A stretch of 64,000 nt of DNA from Phyllosticta citribraziliensis (lineage: Eukaryota), in NCBI RefSeq assembly GCF_038025025.1, contig NW_027117348.1, positions 1,302,001 to 1,366,000 on the forward strand. The letters run 5' to 3'. Within the stretch, counting starts at the first letter, position 1; each line of letters starts with the position of its first letter. Both the position numbers and the translations under genes were made by a program. Below, one piece after another: positions 9,738-22,000 of the stretch. The notes under the pieces were generated by a model. The model had not been told where the DNA came from. It searched no databases and saw nothing but the letters and a program-made list of their open reading frames with translations.

Positions 9738-12726
9738 CTACAACCGCACACTCGCACCCAGCCCGTGGCCCACAAACCATACGCCCTCCTGCCAGCGGCC
9801 GATCTTGAGCCCGACATCGGCACTGGCATTCAGCTTGAGCTGGCCGCCCAGCGCCTTGCGGACGGCCTCGTAGCCGACGCTGCCGAGGCTCCAGTCGACG
9901 GGCAAACGGGGCGTCTCGGAGAGGCCGGGCGGCACGGCGAAGGGGAGGTCGTACTCGATGCGGCCGACGGGGTTTTCGTGGTAGAGCGCCGTCGCGTTGA
10001 GGTGCGTCACGTAGAGCGTTGTTGTGCTCAATGGGGAGGCGAGGGTGAAGATGGCTGTGGAGGAGAGGAGGTGCATCTATTGACGTAATCAGTAAGTTGG
10101 TTGCTTGGTCTGGAGTGGAGGGCGGTGGTGAGGGCTGGATGAGAGGGAGATAGCGAGGGAGAGACAACGTACCATGGCGCCCCTGATGAAATGCGGACCG
10201 TCGTCGCCGCCCAGCTTCGGCGTCGCCAGCTTGACGCCCATAGGCGAGAGGGCGTAGCCCAGCGAGGGCAGCGCCGGTATGGTCGCGTTGTGTGTCTTGA
10301 GCTCAAGTGTCGTATTCCAACCTACACACATAAATTAGCAAATGACCAGTCACATCGCACAGCATCATGCTGACGACCCAACCCAACAGTGAACCGAACT
10401 ACTGGACAGCAAGGACGGGAGATCGACAACCGTACCTGACAGCCACTGCGACAACAACTCCCTCCCGACAGCCTTGCCCTCGGCGCCACTCATACCCAGT
10501 GGATCCCACACCGCCTCGACCAGGATATTGGTGTTGTTGCCCGGTCCGATAAGTAAGTCACGCGCCGTGACGTGCCCCATGACGGTGCCGTTAGTCAGGA
10601 TGAAGATGTCGGCGTACGGCACGTCGGCCGAGTACTTGGTCGGGTTGGTGATGTTGACGTGCGCCGTCATGTGGATCGAGCTAGGAGTCGTCTCGACGAT
10701 GCTCAGGTTGCCAATTTGCGGCGAGAGGTGCGAGAAACCGCCGCCGGATCCGGATCCGATTGCTGTCGCGGCAAAAGTCAGAATTGTGGGTGAACAATGA
10801 CGTCTGTTGTATTCTAGGCTGCTACGGAGAAAGGAACAAAAGAGATTCGTGACGGAATGAAAGGAGAAATCTAGAAAGACCCACGTTTGACTGGCACGAC
10901 GCCCTTTGCCGGGATCTTTTGGATCTTGAATGACCCTAGCCCAGTCACCATTTCTACATCTACCTCTGCCTTGATACTCAACACCAAACTCTCCTTGCCC
11001 ATCAACAACGCCTGAACAACCTTGGTGAATTGGTCCTCGTCGGTGATGAAGAGCGGAGCATTCTTGACTTCTGACTGTACCAAGAGACCAGTCTCGTTCT
11101 TTCCGTGGAGGCGCGTGGCATTGGCTGGTTGCCACTTGTTGAGATCGAGATAGCCCAGCTTCTTGCCGTGATAGAAAATGTCGGCGTCAGCGCGGACCTT
11201 GTCGACATTGATGGACAAGTTCATCTGCTCGGGCAATCCAACGAGGGCCTTGACTTTGGCGTCAATACGCGGTTGCGCCTCGGGTGTCCCGGGGTCGGCA
11301 CTAACGCTCGGCAGGCGGAAGTGAACATCGGAAAGCGAAAAGTTCTTGAGGAGGTTTTGGGGAAGCTCGCCGGGGAACGGGACAGGAACAGTGATTTCGG
11401 ACATGAGGTCTGTGATCCACCTGGGCGTGTTGACGTCGGGCGAGTCTGATCCGCGGACATAGACCTTGGGATCCTCGCCGTGAATGTAATCATTAATTAA
11501 CAAGTCCAGGGGCGACTTTTTCTTTCCGGGACAATTTTCCATGAGCTCCTCTGGGATCTGTCTAACAACACCGGTGACATTGACTAGGACATCTGAATAA
11601 GGAGAAATTACAATGGGATCTGTAATGGCATCGGCGACCATGATGAAAGGATCTTCGGGTTCGCAGTTGGCGACGAGTATTCCAAATCCAAGCGCGGGAA
11701 CGGTAAGATCCAAAGGAAAGTGGTTGCCGACCGAGAGGCTGACGAGAGCCTCTACGCCCTTGCGGGCATCCGGAAGTATCTTTTCATGAACCTTGAGCCC
11801 CTCTATTTCGTAGGCTGGGACTGAAGGAATTGCATTGCCTGTGGCCAAGGCACTGTTAGTAAATGTCTGGCATTAGCTTTCCCCCCTCCCATAAACAAAA
11901 CAGGGAGGAGCTCACCTCCAAAGACGAACAATTCCTTGATCGACGTAGTGCCGAGAGGAAAGATGCCTGATTTCAAAGGCACCTGGGCCTTTCCCTGCAC
12001 CTTGAGTTTGCTCAGACGGCCATGCATCCAGTCGTTGGCCATGTCGCGGACGCTGTGAAAGGAACCCGGCTGGAGATCGGCAACAAAGTCGACATGTGTC
12101 GTATGGCCATTCCTGATGTCCACCTTGAGCGGCGGTATTATCGCAGAGCCGACGACATCGCTGCTGTAGTCGGGCAGCACCACCTGCACCTTTGTCTCGC
12201 CGCTCTGGACACTTCTCGCCAACCACGTTCCAAAGCGGCCAAAGTTTCGCACCGACCTGGTATCCACTCTCGAGGCGTCCATTGAGAAGTCGCCCTGCAC
12301 GCGGACCGATACGCCTTCGGGCGTCAACGACTGGAAGCTCAGGCCCGTCGGCTCGAAGACAACGGCTTCCTTTGCATATTGTTCGACAGTGGCGGGAGCA
12401 AAGAATCCCACCACCATGATGAGAATGACGAGCAGGCATAATATCAATAATGCGACGAGGCTGGGCCATCGCGTCTTGCGTTCCTCGTTGTCGCGTCGGA
12501 GGCAGCCCAACAACGACCAAGCAGCTTGGGAGCGAGTGGGGCGTTCGATCGTGTCGTCGTCGTCGTCATCTCCGTCGGTTCTCTCGTCGCGCACGAGTAG
12601 AGGCGTTTGCTCGGTATCCTCATCTTCCGGCAGCGGCTTGCGCGTCGAGTGTTTTGACTTGGCGGACATGGTGGAAGCTGGTCTGGAGTTTGGGGTTGCG
12701 GTTGAGCCCCACGGGGTGTCGGACAT
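9738..12726 (-). CDS. TAG1: Tag1-like (yeast YLR173W family) single-pass vacuolar membrane protein, multi-exon
   Basis: N-terminal EQTPLL dileucine vacuolar sorting motif, one TM helix (SLVALLILCLLVILIMVVGFFAP), then long beta-rich lumenal repeats across ORFs 11803, 10871, 10365, 10089 and 9738 joined by canonical introns. ATG in CGCCATG context at 12726. Confidence 0.7.
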
Positions 12727-13129
12727 GGCGGGTAATGCGATGGAAGCGAAAGGAGATGGGCGCTGTGATTTTACAGCATCCTCTGGGGGCGATAGACGAG
12801 GCCAGCTCCGTACAGCAAAGGGTGGATCGAGCGAGGTGAGGTTGGGAAGAGACGGCGCGGCGAGAGGTCGACTAGCAGTAGAGGGTTGGCTTGAGACTAG
12901 GAACGTGCGGCAGCCTATCGGAAGAGAGCCGCTCCTGGCGGGGAAGGCGCAGATCCACCCACGGGCGGGCTCGCAGTCCTGAGGTGGCTCGCAGGCCAAA
13001 ATTCTGTCCGAGCGCCCAACCTCTGTCACGTCAAGTCATCGCCCGCCTCAACGTCGCGACGTTTGCAGCCAACAGGGCGCCCTTGGTTCCTCTTTTCCCG
13101 TCTACATTTCCTCCAGGCCCTCGCCCGCC

Positions 13130-14337
13130 ATGCCTCCCCTTCGTCTCTGCCCTCCCGCTCTGCGCAGCTTGGCTAGGGCTCCTGCTGCCCGCCGCAGCTA
13201 CTACTCCGCGAACGCGCCGACCAGCCCGCCGCGCCACCTGTTGTCCATCGCGGACCTGACCCCGGATGAGCTTACAATCCTCGTTCGCAATGCTCACAAT
13301 TACAAGACTTCAATCAAAGCCGGCACCGTGCCCGCTTCCATCAACGGCGCGCTGTCCGGCAAGACGATTGCCATGACCTTCAGCAAGCGCAGCACCCGCA
13401 CGCGCATCTCGACCGAGGGTGCTGTTGTCAAGATGGGCGGACACCCCATGTTCCTGGGCAAGGATGACATCCAATTGGGCGTATGTGTTTGGCTCCTGAC
13501 TTTTGATCCTTCTAATTCGCCCAGGTCAACGAGTCTCTCTACGACACGTCTGTCGTGATATCTAGCATGGTTGCGGGCATTTTCGCGCGCGTTGGCCCTC
13601 ACTCAGACGTCGCAACCCTGGCCGAGCACAGCAGCGTCCCCGTCATCAACGCGCTATCGGACCTCTACCACCCTCTCCAGACCATTGCAGACTTCCTCAC
13701 CATCTCCGAATCCTTCCTCCAAGCCCCACAATCCGACTCGCTGGGCGCTGCCGGTCTCAAGCTTGCGTGGATCGGTGACGCCAACAACGTCCTTTTCGAC
13801 CTGGCCATTGGCGCTGCCAAGCTGGGCGTTGATCTCGCGGTTGCTACACCCAAGGGATACGAAATCCCCTCGTCGATGCGCGACCAGATTGCTGAAGCGG
13901 CGGCTGGACCTGGAAGCGGCGGTGGTCGTCTGTTCGAGACCACGTCGCCATCAGAGGCTGTTGCTGGCGCCGACGTCCTCGTCACCGACACGTGGGTTTC
14001 CATGGGACAGGAGGCCGAGGCGAAAAAGAAGATGGCAGAATTCGCTGGGTTCCAAATCACAGAGGCCATGGGGTGCGAGGGCGGTGCCAAGGACAATTGG
14101 AAGTTCATGCATTGCCTGCCGCGGCACCCAGAGGAGGTGGCCGACGAGGTCTTTTACAGCCCGCGCAGTCTGGTCTTTCCAGAGGCCGAGAATCGCTTGT
14201 GGGCCGCCATCTCTGCCACCCAGGCCTTTATCGTCAATGAAGGTGCAATCAAGACACCCGTCGAAATCATCAAACATAAGGTCGGTAGGGACATGAAGAT
14301 GTTCAAGCAAAAGGTCAGTAAGCCTAAGATCCGATAG
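13130..14337 (+). CDS. ARG3: Ornithine carbamoyltransferase, mitochondrial (argB/ARG3)
   Basis: Arg-rich presequence, RHLLSIADL, carbamoyl-phosphate motif KRSTRTR, HPLQ, DTWVSMG, HCLP, EAENR. Intron 13481-13524. Confidence 0.97.
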
Positions 14338-15084
14338 ATACAGGCACCATGAAGGATTACCAGTCGTTGGGCGTCAGTGTAGAGGTCAAAAGTCTTTTGC
14401 ATCCAAAAGTTTAGGAGTATGTACACTCAAAAAGTCGTCTAATCAAGGTAGGGTATGCATCTACAATGAAAGGAATTCAGGTGGATGTACCCAAGGTCCG
14501 GCAGTCATTCGCCCCTTTGCCCTCTGAATCGCTTTGACTGGGAGCCAGGAGACGTAGGGGGGATGAGTGCAACCGTGACGCTCCAAGTACCGAGCAAAGA
14601 TGCAGTCTCGCCTTCTTGCGTTTCCAATCTGCTGTTCCCCCGCGCGTGTTGCCGCTGCAGGCATGGTACTGGCTGGCGTCCTCTTGCAGCCATGGCCCTC
14701 ATAGCAAACGAATAAGGCGATTATGTAAAGCAACTGCCCAGGGCGATCAAGGCAGCTCCAGCCTGTCACACGAGGGCAGAATATCAGAGACATCCGTGAC
14801 GGGTAACCAGGGTGGAGTCGCAGTGACGTCGTGGAGGTCGTGGTTGCCGGTCAAGAGCTAGGCGAGTGGCGACGATAACATCAACGTCTGCGTGACCAGT
14901 GCCAGCCACCAACCCAGGAACCAAACGCGCTGACATGTGTGGTGGTGGTCTTGGTGGAGGGGCAAGGCTCGTTGTTTGCTGGAGCCATGTGATTGGCCGG
15001 CCCAGGGTTCTGATGCTGATCCAGGGCGCCTCTTCAAATCCATGTTTTCCAAAGGGGGGTCCCCCTTTTCCGCAGGAATGAATG

Positions 15085-15510
15085 CTAGTAGCACCTGGCG
15101 GCCAGAGAAGAAGACGAGGAGGACGACGAGTCTGAGGGAGCCGACGAAGCAAGCTTGCCCGGCGAGGAGCGCGCGCTGTTGCCCGAAGAGGAATGATGCT
15201 TGGTGGCGACCAGGGGCTGCAGCGGCTGCGGCAAGCTTCCGGAGCGAGCCTGGCGGACGTGGACGAGCTGCTCCGACAAGGCCGTCCTCTGCTGCAGCAT
15301 CGACATTTTTTGGGCCTTGAGCTCGGCCTCCAGGCGCGCGACGCGCTCTTCGAGAACGGCAATCTTGGTGTCGCGCGCCGTCACGCCGCCCTCGACGTCT
15401 TCGAGCCGCTGGTGCAGGCGGTCCAGCACGGCTTCGAGGTCGGTCTGGGGTTGTCGCCCGAATAGGTACGTGTAGGCGCGGTGCATGGTTGATGAGACGT
15501 AGAGCGACAT
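15085..15510 (-). CDS. Small coiled-coil hypothetical protein
   Basis: MSLYVSST...LEAVLDRLHQRLEDVEGGVTARDTKIAVLEERVARLEAELKAQK shows a heptad pattern with C/G-ending codons and a Ser-rich tail. Divergent from SOG2. Confidence 0.6.
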   Translation of the reverse strand: MSLYVSSTMHRAYTYLFGRQPQTDLEAVLDRLHQRLEDVEGGVTARDTKIAVLEERVARLEAELKAQKMSMLQQRTALSEQLVHVRQARSGSLPQPLQPLVATKHHSSSGNSARSSPGKLASSAPSDSSSSSSSSLAARCY

Positions 15511-16127
15511 GGTGAGTGGGTGGTTGGAGAGTGACGGGGACCGGGAGAAGAAGAGCACAGTAGAGACTTATTCTCCTTGCAAGAGCAACGGGCAAGGCTT
15601 AAGGACTTGCGAAAGTGGAAATAACATGTCGTACCCCTGCCATTTGTGACATGGCCACCTGAGTGATATCAGGAATCCTACGACATCACATGCTTGACCC
15701 ACGCGTTCGACACGTCGCCCAAAGCGGTGCCAACGGGTGCAAGGGACCGCGGTGGAAGCATTCCTCGGAGCCAGGAATGGAGTGGGCGGAGCGTGGAGCG
15801 TGGACAGGACAGGCCAGGCCAGGGGCGAGGCTGAAGGGGAAAAGGTGGCCTTTGTAGTTGAACCACAGTTGACATGGGACGTTGTGACGTTTGGCGGGTT
15901 ACAGATTGTCGTAGTCGACCGTTGGCTCCGTTGGCTCCGTTGGCTCCCTCTCTCAGCTCAGGACCGAATACCAGGCCAGGGCACCGGCGCGTGGACCTGG
16001 GCCGTGCGCCGCTCGACACTGGAAACCGGGCGGGTTCCTACATCGACATCAGCCGCAATAACGGACCTTTCAACTCTCCTCCCACCCCCCCAACCTCCAA
16101 CCCTCGCCCGGCCATGCTGCGCAAACA

Positions 16128-19076
16128 ATGACTGAAGATCGCCCGCCCCTCCAGGACGACGAGGTCATCTTCCTGGCCCGTAAGGCCATTGCCCAGGCCA
16201 GGGAGGAAACCCCCCGCCGCAACGACCCAGACCCGGACGTCGTCGCCAAGGACCTCCAGCAGCCTGGAGTCACGATAGATCTCGGCCACCACAGCATCAA
16301 GCGCCTGCCAGACGAGGTCGTCGACATCATCAAGGCCGACATTGAGAGGTGCCCATCCCCGCTCCAACTTCCGTCGAGCTCCACCTCTAACAGGCTCCAG
16401 ACTTGCCCTCTCCCACAACTCCTTTACCACGCTCCCGCTCCGCCTGTCCGAATGCGCGCGCCTGCGATACCTCAACGTGCGATACAATGCTCTGCGCGAG
16501 TTTCCCCCGGCCGTGCGTTACCCCCGGTACCACAATGGCGCCAGCGATACTAAATCCGGCAACAGATATTGCAAATCCGCACCCTCGAGATACTCGACGT
16601 GAGCAAGAACAAGATACGCGAGATCCCCGACGAGATTGCCAACCTCACCTCGCTCAAAGTCCTCGCCATCCAGCGCAACAGGATCGAGAAGCTGCCCGCC
16701 TGCCTCGGCGACATTAGCAGCCTGCACATGCTCAAGCTCGACGGCAATCCCATTTCCTTTCCGCCACCCGAAATCCTCAACATCAAAGAAAGGGCGCCCG
16801 TGCCGTCGGGAGACAATGAGCGCGACGCCCTCATCACCACCCAGGTCAAGAGATATCTGCGGCAGGTTTCGACAAGACAAAGGCTGAGGGTCGAGTCGGA
16901 GGGAGACTCGAGGTACGTTGGGCGCGCCGTGACGCTGGGCAATGCTGACGGCAGTAGCGAGGGCAACATGGAAACGCCTCGCCCCATGCGCACGCGAGCC
17001 GGCGGCCGGTTTCCCGTCAAGCCTAGCATCAGCGGTATGGAGGCCTTTGGAGACATTACCGGGAAACCCGACTCCCCAGGTAACGCTCCTCCCATTCCGG
17101 CGAGATCACATGCGAGGGTCCAGTCGCAGCAGAGTGCGGCATCGCGACGGCCCCCCGTTGCGCCTCTGGCCATTAATGGGAATGAGCGTAACCGAAGTCA
17201 TAGCGAGGGCACTGGCTCCAACGCGATTCGGGCAAAGCGAATGGGCATGGTGAGCCGCAAGGCTACGGAACTTGCACCGGTCACGGAGGGACGTACCAAC
17301 AATACCAACCACTCGCGCGGCGTGAGTCACGGCTCAGCTCTCTCCGAGTTTTCCAGCAACGGTTTTCCCGCAGACCAATCCAAGGCCAAGATGCGCCCCT
17401 TGTCCAACCTAGTGGAGCACAAGCCTTGGACGGAAGAGTACGAGGAGGTTGTGCAGGCGGCTCGCTTGACGGCCGAGTCTGCAATCGACTACCTACTGCC
17501 CACTGAAAGATTGCTCCGCCGCGCCAACGTTCCCGGTCAGCCTGGACTCATGACCGAATTCCATCGCGCGCGCACCGGAGCCTATGCACTCTCTGAGCTG
17601 CTTGAACGGTTTGACGCCTTGATCGAGGACCAGGAAAACGAGGTCGACAGTTTGATCGACAAGATTCTGAAAGAGGCCGACTCCTGTCTCGACGCCCTCG
17701 TCAACCTGGAAATCCAGCTTCACGACGCCATGGAAGACATGTCCAAGGCAGCAGATGATCCTGCCGTGCGGCGGGCGTGGCGCGCACAACTCAACGCGCA
17801 GTACATGGGCACTGTCGAGGCACGCAATGCTTGCGAGATTCTCGGCGTCGAGTTCATCGACCCGGCTGGACCCAAGGCCGACGGACGCGATGCTCGAGTA
17901 TCGACGACCCCCACGCAGACGGCGCCTCACCCCGGTCAGAGGCTTCGCCCTGGTCAGAGGAAGCAAGGCCTTTCCCTCGACACCAACGTAGCACCCAATG
18001 GCAGGCTGGGGCTTGTGCCGCCCATGCAAGAAAATGGCCGTTCCAACACCCTGACGAGCGGAGCGTCTGCCGTCACTCCTCGCTCCGGAGAATCTTTTGT
18101 CACGCTTGGCTCGGTGAGCATGTCGCGCAGCAGCACGATGCAGAGCATGGAAGAAGCAGATGAGGAGCACCAGTTTGAAAGGATTTGGCAAAAGTTGGGC
18201 ATGGCATGCTACTGGACGCTGCAAAACATGCCTGTCTGTCACCAAAGATTCGAGCAGGCCTGCATCGCCGCCAAGTCTGATCCCGAACGCGGACTCATGA
18301 CACATGGCAAATGGATCAGGGTTTTGGAGAGGTCGACAGAAGCACACCAGGCTGCTACTTCCCTCAACGAGGTCCTTGCTTCCATCAAGCTGCGCGACAG
18401 CGAGTTCCGTACTTCTCAACGCTTTTGGGAGCTGTGCACTGCATACGTCAAGGTAAGACCCCAACCCTTTTTAGCAAGCCTCAGCTAACAATTCAAGACC
18501 TGGAGCGACCTTGCAGTTGCGGTCAAGGATCTCGGTCAGATTGGTCCGCTTCCCGAAGACATCAAGTCTTTCATGAAGCCCATCCAGAAAGCTGTAAAGG
18601 CGGCTAGTATCCTCATTACATCCTCTCCCTGGAGCCATCTGGCTGTCCGTTCTGAATCTGTGTCCTCCTTTTCAACACCCACTCAATTTCCGCCCCGCAG
18701 CGAGTCGCGAAACTATGGACATGGCCACGCCTTTGGAAATAGCATCAACAACACCTCGTCTGGACCTGTGCCTTTTGTCCCTGGCCCCACCAGCACGTCC
18801 ATGCCTGGTCCCTACTCTTCCCATAACACCACGCCGGCTTCTAGCGTTGGTCACATTACCCCGACGCCGGTTCAACCTGCCACTCCGATGAGTGCCGCGC
18901 TGGGCGCTGCAGCTCAGGCAACTGTTCCGAGCACCCCGGGCCACGTCCCGCCGCCTCCCAGCATGGTTCTGGGCCCAACTTCGACGCCCGTGGACCCTCC
19001 CATCACCGGCCGTTTTGCAGGCAACGTGTTTGAGAGGGCTGACCGGCTCCTCCAGTCGACGTCGCGCAGGGTTTGA
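16128..19076 (+). CDS. SOG2: RAM signalling network leucine-rich-repeat protein Sog2
   Basis: N-terminal LRRs (LALSHN, LNVRYN, LDVSKN, LAIQRN, LKLDGNPI), RNRSHSE, EEHQFERIW, FWELCTAYVK, TPMSAALG, GNVFERAD. Introns 16349-16400, 16513-16565, 16913-16957, 18453-18497. Confidence 0.92.
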
Positions 19077-22000
19077 GATGGCGCGTTTGGCTGCATCTAC
19101 CCTTTCCATCCACGCTGCCCACCGTGGACTGTACCTCTTTTCATACATTACGCGTCTGTCCATATCCGCGTCTGTTGTCATCTTCTCTGAACAGAATCTG
19201 CATGGCGCTCCCGGGCGTTTCTTTTCCCAGTTTGACTCACCTGAACAGTCTATTTCATTGGTTCTACAGCGAGGGCCGCAGAGAGCAGGATTATCTGCGC
19301 GCTTGTGCAGGCATGCAAGCGAGCGAGCGAGCAATCGACAAGCACGCATACATACCAGATGCATCAGCGAAGGAGTTTCTTAGTCTCTTTTTCCTTTTTC
19401 TTCCGTTTCTTTCCTCTTTTCATCAAGGAAAAATGGCAAACGCGTGCGTCCGGTTTCGGAATTGGCAAAGGCGCTATTGAGGGCGTTTGTTTGGCGCTCT
19501 GGACTGGCAATGGGGTTTGGGGTACTTGACCGATTGATCTTTATTTGGCGTTTCTTTGTCCTCTCTTGTCTTTTTTCCCTCGATTGAGTCGCATTTTGCA
19601 TCTCTTGCAGCGGCTTACTTCTTGGTCAACCCTTGGGCGACGAGTCGCCTCGATCAACATCACCACCACCAACATCCCATCGAAAGCCTGCAAATGGCTG
19701 GCTGGCGGCGTTGGTTGGTTGGTTGCGTTGCCGGACCAATCTATCCATGTATCTGTATGATACCGCTCTGTTGTCAATACATTTCGACCATTGGCATCGC
19801 GTCCTTGCCGGCGGGCGGGCGCGGACTGGTCGCATCAAATCACATCTCGTGTATCGACTATTGAGCTTTGACGGTGTATGCTGTCTTTGGTGCGTGGACC
19901 CGTGTCTGTCGTGTCGTTGATGTGCCCCTTGTCGTTTGATCTGTCGCTACTTACCGTATGCATGTGCTAACGGGGACGCGCGGGGCCGCGAGCAAGCTGA
20001 TTGTGCGGCGGCGAAGGCGAAGGCGGAGGCGGAGGTGCTTGAGAGGTTGGTGTCGTGTGGCAAGTATGTGAGATTGTCCCACTTGCGGTGGCTACTGTAA
20101 ACATCTCATAGTCTAGGATCTCTCTCACCCCTCCCTTCCCCTTGTGCCGTTAGTCTAGTCGATACAGCTGGCTCCGCGCTTACAGTACTTTCTCATCCTC
20201 CCAGACAAACCATCTGGCGTCTCCAATTAGCGCCGACGCAGCAGGTACGCAGCCGTCCTCCTTCACCACCTTCACTTACCCGCTGCGGTGTACAACACTA
20301 CTGCTACTGCTGCTGCTGTGTCACCAGCGCAGCGCGGCACAGCGCGGTGGTGTAGTGCTTTCGGCAGCTGGCCGGCGGCGGCGGTGGGCTGCATATGGTT
20401 GACGCATGCAGTGCACAAACACAGTGGGCGGCGCGTCTACCCGCGATTGCGTTTCAGGAGGGCTGGCTTTGTGGGAAGGGAAAACTCCACTCATTGGGAG
20501 GGCGGAGGGGGGTGGAGGATGTTGGTTAAGAGGTGAGCTGTCCTGTCCGCTTTCTATCCTTTCTGGGTTTGAAGTTGTTGCTTTTCTCCTTCTTTCGTCG
20601 GTTGTTCTTCTCTTTCTCTTTCTTCTTCTCTCTTTACACATCTCTCTCGTATATATATTCTCTGGGCCTTGGCTGAGGTTCACGCGTTCAAAAAGCACGG
20701 CGACTGCGCGCGGCTTTGCGTCTGTTCTTCGCAGCATTTTAGCTGAGCGGAGGCCAAGGCTCTGCATGTGCATGCGCTTCAGACCTCAAGAATCCACAAG
20801 GACCGGCTTGGGCTCTCGTGTGCTTTGGCTGTGGGGGGACTCCATCCAAACCCCCCAGTTATCTACGGAGGATGGAGACGCAGGTGAGTCGTATCCTCCT
20901 GGCACGACAGAATCGCCTTGGACTTTCGAATTGACGTTTTCCTCTCAGCCAAAACCTCCCACTTGGGCGAGCTCGAACGACCCCAGGATCACGTCTCCGG
21001 GCTCGAGCAACAGATCCGCAGCATTCTAGGCGACAGAAGGCTCTGAAAATCCCACTTGGGTAGCTTTCCCCCGTCTGTTTGCTCAATTGCGAGACTGACC
21101 TGACCCAGACCAGAAGCGCAGGAAGCCAGCAGAGCTAGCTACAGCCGAGGGCCACTGCGTCCATGACCCAACTCTCAGCCAACGAATTCCCGTCGCGGTT
21201 GCGGAGCCTGCTACCACACTTGGGAACCTGGCTCCTTCCGGGAATTCGCAAGCTGGCCGCTGCTAGGGATGTTGTCAAGAACCCTGCGCCGCCCGCTCGC
21301 CGTGGCCAGGCGCCGTACAACCTACCTTTCCGCGCCGCTCTCCCGCCGTGTATATAAACCCGCTCTACACAGCCTCGAAAACCTGTCCGGGGCTTCCACT
21401 CGTTCAACCCTTCAGCATCCTTGTCCTTGCACGGCTACTCAACGGTCTGTGCCGTGAGCGCCTTCGAGTCTTCTGCAGGACCCTTAACGGCAGAAGACCG
21501 TAAAAGGGCAGGGCGATGCCCTCGGCAATATCTGCCGCGGCTCGTCCGCCGCTGGTCTCGTCCGCTGCGGGATCGCCATCTGCCACTGGACCACGAAAAC
21601 GAAGGGTACAGGGTCAGCGCGGTCCAGCGCCCCTTTGTCCGACTGGACGGTCGCTTTCGGGCCCGGGACGACTCGACCAATTCGACCTTCTGGTCTGCCA
21701 TGGCGGTCGACAAGGAGAATTCGACCAGCTCAGTCGCCAAGAGAGTAGCGAACCCCGTCGAGAAAGCTCAAGACCTCGTCCAGAGAGTCGAACTCGCCAA
21801 CGCTCTTCCGGATCCAGACATTTTCTCGCCCTATTTGGCCACGGTAGCTCTTCGCCTGACTGAGACGATCGGAGCGGTTATTCGTCCGTCCCATGATGCG
21901 ATCACCGTTTGTCGGCCAGCTCCGCCAAGCTCTTCCGGACGGCGGCTTTGTGACTTGTGGGTGCGCAAGAGGATGTTTGAGAGTGCCCTGTGGGATGCGG

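Noticed and set aside
12727..13029. N-terminal extension of ORF 11803-13029
   Set aside because: Begins at a non-ATG codon inside the shared promoter; the ATG at 12726 has good context and precedes the sorting motif.
13031..13040. Gcn4/CpcA site upstream of ARG3
   Set aside because: Only ATGACTT on the minus strand, a mismatch to TGACTC; too weak to call.
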